From contig OZ024746.1 in assembly GCA_964016885.1 (NCBI GenBank), positions 72,044,001 to 72,108,000 of the forward strand: a stretch of DNA of 64,000 nucleotides. The letters run 5' to 3'. Made by a program: the position numbers and the translations under genes. The notes under the pieces were generated by a model. It did no database searches. It worked only from the letters and a program-made list of their open reading frames with translations, and had not been told where the DNA came from. The number at the start of each line of letters is the position of its first letter. Positions within the stretch are counted from its first letter, which is position 1. The stretch is from Eledone cirrhosa. Lineage: Eukaryota. Below, in pieces: positions 55,274-64,000 of this stretch.

Positions 55274-55929
55274 ATGATATATATGTGTATATATATATGT
55301 GTGTGTGTGTTATGTTTGTACCATAAAACATCCAGCACACACTGTAAATGTGGTTGCAGCCAAGAAGGGCATCCAGCCGTAGAAAACCAGCGAGAAACAG
55401 TGCTATATGAGCGAGACACAGTCACCCGACTCAACTTGCCTCTAAATGGGACAAACCCGTCTAAACCATGCTAGCGTGGAAGATGGACGTTAAACGATGA
55501 TGATGATGATATACATGAACAGACACAAACGAATCAAAATGTGGATGTTGAGAAATATTATATTAATAGTTTGACTTCATGCTTTACCAATAGTTTCATA
55601 CACACATCTAACTCTTTCAGGTGCTTGAAAATACTTAGATTCAAAATCCAATAATTTTATATTCGCTGCATTTAAGAGTAGACAAGGATGTAAACATCAA
55701 AGTTCTCAGTACTCCAGCAATTAACAGTGACTATGTATTATAATTAGCTTTGTAGCTTTGAAAGTCACAACGATACATCACAATTCCTCTAATTTAGCCG
55801 AAACACCGCCCCCTAGGCATAGAGCATATCACCCTCCCCCCCCCCCCCTTTTTTCTTCCGTGACTTAATAGTCCTTGCTTTTTCCCTCCTTTTCCTCTCA
55901 TTTATGGCAGTTATAGTCATTTCCTGGTG

Positions 55930-56060
55930 AAGGCGTGTGGCTGAGTGGTTAGAGAACCGGATTCGCAACCATGGGGTTGTCAGTTCGATTCCTGGACCGG
56001 TCGATGCGTTATGTCCTTAAGCAAGACACTTTATTTCACATTGCTCCATCTACCTAGAGT
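55930..56060 (+). mobile_element. CORE-type tRNA-derived SINE fragment
   Basis: A box TGGCTGAGTGG, B box GTTCGATTCC, then GTCCTTAAGCAAGACACTT (CORE-like). Confidence 0.65.
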
Positions 56061-56356
56061 TGCGACTGATAGATAGTATTAGCAATTGGAAAGACCAACG
56101 GAAACATTGTTTCCTCGGTCCGATTTGACGAAAATCGATTGACAAATTTTTTTTATTTGTTTTATAGTCATTTCCTTTACTTTCCTTTACAACCAGATCT
56201 GCCCTTCTTTACCCCTTCCCCCATCTTCATTACTCAATTTTGTTTTTATCGTTTGTTCTCATATTGTCACCATTTTTTTTTTTTGTGATTATATCCTAGA
56301 AATAAATTCAAATATTTAAAAAAGTTAATAGGTATGTGACTTGTCTGTGGTCGTAC

Positions 56357-56423
56357 CTGACATAAGATGACAGAAGACGAAAGTATAGGTAATCTGCACA
56401 GACAACAGGGGACTGATCTAAGG
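56357..56423 (-). CDS. Candidate exon at the start of the C2 domain
   Basis: ttcatttAG..GTACGA. LDQSPVVCADYLYFRLLSS resembles BCR DESPGLYGFLNVIVHSA. Confidence 0.5.
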
Positions 56424-56695
56424 CTAAATGAAAACAACAACAGCATTAAACAAGGCTAATAATAAACATAAGCAGCAGCAAAAAGAATACCAACAACAAC
56501 CTCAATACACACAACAGCACAACAACAACAACAACAATAACAACAGTAACAAGAGCAACAAACATCAATAACACCAACAACAACAGTAGTAACAAGAGCA
56601 ACAAACAACAACAACAATAACAAGGGCTACAAACATCAACAACAATAACAACAGCAGCAACAACAACAAAAAACAACAATGACATTTTCTTTTAC

Positions 56696-56717
56696 CTTCA
56701 AACCTGAAATCTGGCAT
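56696..56717 (-). CDS. Candidate first coding exon (MPDFRFE)
   Basis: ATG at 56717 with a GTAAA donor whose phase is compatible with exon 56423. Support is phase fit only. Confidence 0.3.
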
Positions 56718-56856
56718 CTTGGGAATCTGTCAAAAGATGGTGGATCTCCATTAAATTAAAATTGCGCACTCACACAAATATATATACACAGGCATACACG
56801 CACCACATACACATACACACGCATGCACACACACATGCACACACGCACACATACAC

Positions 56857-56908
<52 letters not shown>

Positions 56909-57043
56909 ACAGATGTTTATTGGTTGGTTGAATCACACGAAAACTACACACACATCTAAAGAGAGAGAAACACAGAGGGAGAGGCAGAAAGAGAGAGATA
57001 GGCCGTTGTACACAGAGAGAGAGATACAATTAAAGTGCTGAAT

Positions 57044-57076
<33 letters not shown>

Positions 57077-57224
57077 CGTCCCACAAAGGTCTAGAAACGG
57101 CTTAAACTATAGGTCGTTTGATCTATAGGAAGGTTTAACAATATTGCGTTAGCTTTTATAAAGTCGTTTTACAAGCTAGGATTTTACAGAACAAAAAAAA
57201 AGAAAAATTGATGATATTTGAAAT

Positions 57225-57606
57225 TAATCTACCCTCCAGCTTTTATCCATATACTATTTACAGTCCGTACTAACGAAGCAACACTTCCGAAGCAATGTTA
57301 TGCGGTATATTGATGCGTTTCAGATGACGCCCTTTGGAGCTGAAAAAGACCATACTGACTATGGTTATTTCACAACATTTAAAATCCAAGGCCAATGCTA
57401 CAATTTAATCGGCAGTTTACTAACCCAGCCTAATAAGGAAGTTTTATGATTGTTTTGTTTGTCTCTCTCACACACACTCACACACACACACGCATTGTGG
57501 TCTCACCTCATACTGTAAACCAGACAACACATCCAATACAGTCGTTTTCTCTTTTATCCGTCTTTTCTTAACTATTCTCCCGGGAGAAGCCGGGTACCTC
57601 AGCTAG
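57225..57606 (+). mobile_element. Helitron remnant
   Basis: AFQMTPFGA..TFKIQGQCYNLIGSLL (Helitron N-terminal motif), 3' hairpin CCCGG..CCGGG and terminal CTAG|T at 57603-57606. Confidence 0.8.
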
Positions 57607-57619
57607 TATATATATATAT

Positions 57620-57693
<74 letters not shown>

Positions 57694-58021
57694 CGAGCTG
57701 TGTTGCGGGGGTAACTACAGTTAAAGAAAGTACTCAATATGTTGATGGACTATACGCATCTTTTAATTGTTTTTTTTTATTTTATTTTCTACAGGACTAA
57801 AACTGTTTCATTCGTATGAAATCATCGAATAAAACAGTTCTAGTCCTTGTAGAAGTCAGTTCTATATAAAATAATATACAACTAAAACAAAACAAAACAA
57901 AAAAAATGAGTTTTTTTTGTTTTGTTTTGTTTTTTAAACAAAAAGAAAAAAACACGGGTGAAAGTATAAGGAAAAGACATTGAAAATGCAACTGGAGTCT
58001 ATAAAAGAATATTTATTCATT

Positions 58022-58061
58022 TACTTTACCAATTTCACAGTTCTTATTCTTTTCAAAAGTA
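58022..58061 (-). ncRNA. Degenerate U3-A8 hammerhead; inverted copy at 58146-58184
   Basis: Consensus of the two arms: UACUU-UUGAAAA-GCA uaagaac UGU-GAAA-CCGG-UA^-AAGUA. Confidence 0.55.
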
Positions 58062-58608
58062 AAATTGAGATGGAGGGTTTGTGTTTCTGTCGCGGTTTGT
58101 CTCGCATCAGATACGAGACAAACTACAAACCCTCCATCTCAATTCTACTTTTGAAAAGCATAAGAACTGTGGAACCGGTAAAGGAAACAAATAAATATTC
58201 TTAAAAGTCTCCAGTTGCGTTTTCGATTTCTTTTCCTTATATATACATACAGATGTATACGCAGAGAAAGGTAGCGAACAGTAGAGAAAATAGTGCTGAT
58301 TGTCACTGTTCATGTCCTGAGAAAAGCATTATCAATTTAAAAACCTTGCAAAGATATTTAATGGTGTTTGTGCCCCTATAGCATCATGTGTATGCCAATT
58401 GATTGTAAAATGTGTGTATTATCAAATTTGACTCAGGTGTCAGGTTGACACTCAGCATGGTTTAGGAAAGACGCAGAATTCAAAGGAAGTCCCAAATAAT
58501 AATAATAATGATAATAATAATTAACTGGCTTACCAATGCACACTGTGAATTTATTTGTCCTAGGTGTCAGGAAGACACTTGGCATATATCTCGGAAACAA
58601 TGATAGAA

Positions 58609-58694
<86 letters not shown>

Positions 58695-59200
58695 GAGAGA
58701 AAGAGAAATGGTATGAGCATAGGCCAGAGGCGGTGATGGAGAACAGTCAGGTGAAGGTGCTGTGGGATTTTAGGATACAGACGGACAAAAAACTGGAACA
58801 CAATAGACCTGACCTTGTGGTTGTGGACAAAGAAAAAAGATCGTGCCTGATTGTGGATGTGGCCTGCCCGTTCGACACGAGAGTGCAAGAGAAGGAGAGG
58901 GAGAAAATTAACCGATACCAGGACTTAAAGTGGGAGGTGAAAAGGATTTGGAACTGCCATGAAGTCAAAGTGATCCCGATTGTCATAGGCGCACTGGGGA
59001 CTATCTCCAAAGGTTTCCAGGGATGGTTAAAGAAAATCGGCCCCTTCACGCTTTTTGGAACGCTTCAAAAGGCATGCTTGCTTGGAACGGCAAGAACCCT
59101 CCGATACGTCCTGAATATCTGAGGCTGCAGGTAGTGGCTTGATATTCAATCCAACGGACTTTCCAGTTAACCAACATCAATGACTGAGATTCAAGGAATA
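58695..59200 (+). mobile_element. 5'-truncated R4/Dong-clade element (RLE domain) between (TAA)n tracts
   Basis: ORF 58733-59122: LWDF.IQTD..NRPDLVV..IVDVACP..KE.EK..Y.DL..IGALG. Confidence 0.85.
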
Positions 59201-59215
59201 ACAATAACAATAATA

Positions 59216-59279
<64 letters not shown>

Positions 59280-59280
59280 C

Positions 59281-62200
59281 GTACACCTCTTACAGCTGCA
59301 ACCATAACAACATCACCTCAATCAACAACAGCAATGACCATAACTATACTGTTATAATAGTAATAATGATCTCAGTGCCAGCCAGCAAATGCACTACCCA
59401 AAGAGCCGGGCAACTTTCCATGTACGTCCAATACCATGCGTAACGCAAGTATGTACTGCGAGATGAACAAATAAAAATTAATACACAATACCAATTCGCT
59501 TTTCCTATGGTTAATCAGGAAGCGCGTCCACAGGAAGGTGCCAACCTGAGATCGAAAAGTCCTCCTCTGGCACAAACTCTTCTCCAATTATGGAGCTGGA
59601 TGGTCACTTGATCGGGGATTGCCCCAACTCGAGCCCTCCAGATCCACCACCCAAACCACCTCAAAAAGAAAAACCTAAAAGGATGAAATGGACCCGAGAA
59701 GAGTATAAAGAAGTAATATATGCATATTACTATGCATTAGGTAAGCCATCACAAGACAGACACACTTTAAACTCCTATAAAATCTGGAAAACTCGGAATC
59801 AAGCTAGCAGACGTGATATGGATGGAAATAAGTTGGCAAATGTAAGTAGGTATATCTTCAGAAATAATAGACTCACAGACACTGAACTAACTGCGATCAA
59901 GCAGGCTGTGGAGAATGACATAAATATAAATGATGAAAGAACTGAAGAATCTCCTGGAGATAGTAACCAACCACAAGTCTTTACTGAAAGACCTCCATCT
60001 GACCAAATCACAAATAGGTTTGTAGAAATGAGAAGCTCTATTGAACCCGCTGAAAATAGCCAGGAGAGGGACTTAGAAACAGTAATTGAAAACCAAACAT
60101 CTGTTGAAGAACACAGGGAGACTATGAAGAAATTAAAGCAAAAAATACTGAATGAGCTTGCAGTAGTAAGACATTCTAGTATAAATGATAGAGAACCACT
60201 TCAAAAACTCCCAAATACAATCCAAAATAGAAAACAAATAATGATTGGTAATTCTGTGACAAAAGAAATCATAGAAGAACTAGAACCTGATCTTACTGAG
60301 TTAAATGAAATCATTTATGCATCTGCTAGAGTAATTGTAACAAGTTGTTTACCACACAAAAAAACAAAAAAAGTCGAACCTTCGAGGTAAACCAATTTGG
60401 AGGAGTAGAATCGAAAAGGAGATTGACGTAATGAGAGGAGAAATGTCTTTATTGAGTGAGTTAACCGCAGGAAATGATATAAGATCCAAGAAGGTAAGAA
60501 AGCTAAGGAGAAAATATGGACTGTCTTCTAGAGAAGCAATAGTTTCAACAAAAGAATCTGTGAAACAAAAAGTCCAAGTAAAAGCCCAACGAATTCGTAG
60601 ATTCGAGAAGCGAGACAACTTCTACAGGCAAAATAAGTTGTTCTCATCCAATGCCAAGTCATTTTATAGAGAAGTGGGGAAGAAAAAAATAATTAATGAA
60701 GTTGAAAACTTCTGGAGTAAGATTTGGAGTGATGAGAAGACATATAATGCTAATGTAGATTGGATTAGTAGCCTGGAAAAATCCTACACAAATTTAGAAG
60801 AACAGGCGTGGGAAGACATCTCTATAGCGGACTTAAGGACAGCACTCAATAAATCTCATAAATGGAAATCTTCTGGTAGAGACAGGTTACCAAATTTCTG
60901 GCTTTCCTCACTCCCGTGCACTCACAATATATTGGTCAAGCTGTTTAATGGAATTATGAAAGATCCAAAAAATACACCTGATTGGAAAGCAAGTGGCATT
61001 ACCTACCTTCTACCAAAGAACATCGAAACCAAAGATCAAAAAAACTATCGGCCCATAACCTGCTTGTCCACCACTTATAAATTATTAACCTCTATTCTCA
61101 TGGAAAAAGCATACGTGTTTTTGGAGGAGAACAATCTTTTCCCCATTGAACAAAAATGGTGCCGACGAGGTTCATATGGTTGCAAAGATTAACTTTTGAT
61201 TAATCGTATGATCCTTGAGAACTGTCATAATAAGCACAGACATCTCAGTTCTGCATGGATCGATTATAAAAAAGCCTTTGACAGCATACCACACTCAAGG
61301 ATTCTGAAATCAATGGACATCTTCAAAATCTCACCTGTGATCTCAAACTTCCTGAAACACAATATGTCATTATGGAACACAAATCTCCAATTGTCTCATT
61401 CCACTGGGGTACTGTGCTCTAGGAATATAAACATCAACTGTGGTATATTTCAGGGTGACTCGCTTTCACCCTTGCTTTTCTGCATAGCTTTAATACCCCT
61501 TACATCTGAACTTAATAGAACTGGGTACGGTTATAGAATTGACAACAAAAAAATAAGCCACTTATTTTATATGGATGATTTGAAGCTATATTGCAAAGAT
61601 AATGACGAACTGGAAGGCCTTTTGAGGACAGTAAAAAAGTTTAGCGATGACATCAGGATGGAGTTTGGACTTAAAAAGTGTGCAAAAGCTTTGTCAACTC
61701 AGACTCAGTTGAATTGGATGCTGAAACAATCATAAAGGAACTTGAGCAGAAACAAACCTATAAATACTTAGGGATTGATGAGGGCTCTGGCATACAGCAT
61801 GCAAGTATGAAAGAGAGGATAAGGAAAGAATGGAGAGTACGTGCAGTTCTGAGATCAGAACTAAACGCGCGTAACAAGGTGCTAGCCATAAATTCCTTGG
61901 CAGTCCCAGTTGTCACTTATAGCTTCGATGTGTTGAACTGGAATATGAGTGAAATCAAAAGAATCGACACCAAAGTCCGTAATCTACTGACCTGTAATAG
62001 GTACACCACCCAAAAGCAGATGTGGATCGTCTTTACCTTCCTAGAACTCAAGGAGGCCGTGGCCTGATCCAATTTGAACTTGATTACAAGACCACCATCA
62101 CTGGATTGGCCAAATACCTTGAAACAACTAACGACTGTATGCTGAAACTTGTTGAAAAGCATGAGAGAAGTAAGAAGCTTCATTCTATCTTGAAGGAGAG

Positions 62201-63290
62201 CAAAAAATATGCTACTGATCTCATGCTTGATACCCAGGCTAGACAGACTAAAGAAACTGTTGCAACTGATGCTGCTAGGCACATAAAATCACTGGCAAAA
62301 GCAAAAGGGCAAGGACAATTAGCATCAAAGTGGGAGCAGAAACCTCTGCATGACAAATATGTGGCCCGTAGCAAACAAGCTGATGTTGACCAAAAGCACA
62401 CCCATCAGTGGCTTCGTAGTTCAGGGCTAAAGGCGGAGAGTGAAGGCTTCATCTTACTGCCCAAGATCAAATCTTATTGACTCGTAATTACCAGGCCAAT
62501 GTGATGAGAAACGGAATAAACCCAAAGTGCCGATTCTGCAATGCTGAGGTTGAAACAGTGGATCACTTAGTCTCTGGATGTAAAGTTTTAGCACCAGTAG
62601 AATACAAATATAGACATGACAGAGTTGGCCAATATCTACACTGGGTAATATGTCGGCATTACAAAATCAAAGGTGAAGACAAGTGGTACAATCATCACCC
62701 TGAGGCTGTAACTGAAGGAGAAAAAGTAACAATTCTCTGGGACTTTCCTGTACATACTGACAGGACCATAAAAGAAAATAGACCTGACATCATTGTAAAA
62801 GATCAACATAACAAGGTCTGTTTAGTGATAGATATGAGCATCCCATGTGATCACAATATCGCGGCAAAAGAATTTGACAAGCTACGAAAATATAAAGATC
62901 TGCTTATTGAAATTGAGAAAATGTGGCACCTCAAGGCCGTTACAATACCAGTGATTGTGGGAGGACTGGGAATGATCAAGAAAGGAACAGAACAATATTT
63001 GCGAATGATTCCTGGTTTACCCTCTCTGCACGAGGTGCAAAATATTGTTTTAACTGGTACTGGACGCGTATTGAGAAGAGCACTATCTCTGTAAGATTGA
63101 TATCCCTCCTTGTATTTACATATGCATATGCACATGTGTATATATGTATACTGTTTTTTTATAATTATAATCAATGTGCTGTATTAACTGGCTTACCAAT
63201 GCACACTGTGAATTTATTTGCCCTAGGTGTCAGGAAGACTCTCGGCATATATCTCAGAAACAATAATGAAAGAAAATAAAAACAATAATA
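59281..63290 (+). mobile_element. Near full-length, frameshifted R4/Dong-clade non-LTR retrotransposon
   Basis: N-terminal RMKWT motif; RT (YRPITCL, DYKKAFDS, GIFQGDSLSP, YMDDLK); CCHC finger; RHD; RPD..D RLE. Flanked by (TAA)n. Confidence 0.92.
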
Positions 63291-63309
63291 ATAATAATAA
63301 TAATAATAA

Positions 63310-63340
<31 letters not shown>

Positions 63341-63446
63341 AAGAAGAAGAAGAAGAAGAAGAAGAAGAAGAAGAAGAAGAAGAAGAAGAAGAAGAAGAAG
63401 AAGAAGAAGAAGAAGAAGAAGAAGAAGAAGAAGAAGAAGAAGAAGA

Positions 63447-64000
63447 ACGAGGTGGCGGAGGTCATGAAATCGCTCCCGTAAGTTTTGAATTTTTAACATA
63501 TTTAAATCATTTGTGAAATAACAACTCTTAGTACAAATGCTACGTAAAGCACCCGGCTTGAGCCCAAAAAAAATTCGGACCCAAAATATATTGTTATAAG
63601 GCTCAAATATTCAAATATTCAACTTTGTATTGTACACTGTATATCCAAAAAAGAAAATGGCTATAAATGAAAGAAGAAACCCCCCCCCTCCTCTCCTCTG
63701 TCTACACTATATAGAGCAGCCAAACTCACCAACACCAGAAACTAGATACACCACCCACCTCATCACCTGTGTACACTAAACACAACAGCCAGATAACGGC
63801 AATTTCACCACCACCGCTCACTACTGCCATCATTACCACCACTATCCCATCACCACTCCTTCACTCCTTCACTGCTACCACCGCTACAACACCATCACTA
63901 CAGTAATACTAACACATCACCACCACCACTGCCTCGGTATCGACATCACCACCACCACTCTCTCAGTATCGCTACCGCCGCCAGTCCTCCACTTCTTCCA
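63447..64000 (+). mobile_element. Probable 5' end of another Tx1-like element
   Basis: CGCTCCCGTAAGTTTTG..GGACCCAAAATATAT resembles 1661-1820, followed by Thr/Pro-rich low-complexity sequence. Confidence 0.45.

Overview
Repeat-dense, microsatellite-rich animal genomic DNA; the SINE and microsatellite content suggests a cephalopod such as Octopus (inference). There are two convergent, highly diverged BCR/ABR-like spliced genes. The minus-strand gene (exons about 56717 to 30436) encodes C2 + RhoGAP, and its arginine-finger position reads Ile, so it may be a pseudo-GAP. The plus-strand paralog has a RhoGAP exon (4068-4170) that can splice in frame to either of two duplicated terminal exons (12709-16237, 25491-26937), each with a different basic Ser/Lys/Arg tandem-repeat tail. 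The introns hold Tx1/L1, RTE and R4/Dong LINEs, a hAT-type transposon with a 7-bp TSD, a Helitron remnant and SINEs. The main unexplained signal is a dense set of short fold-back elements inside (TA)n microsatellites. They carry type I hammerhead ribozyme motifs from about ten unrelated sequence families, at least three with a compensatory U3-A8 core. Several inversion breakpoints fall in the ribozyme, one exactly at the predicted cleavage site, and two families are physically linked to Penelope-like ORF remnants. All folds and alignments were done by eye; no searches were run.
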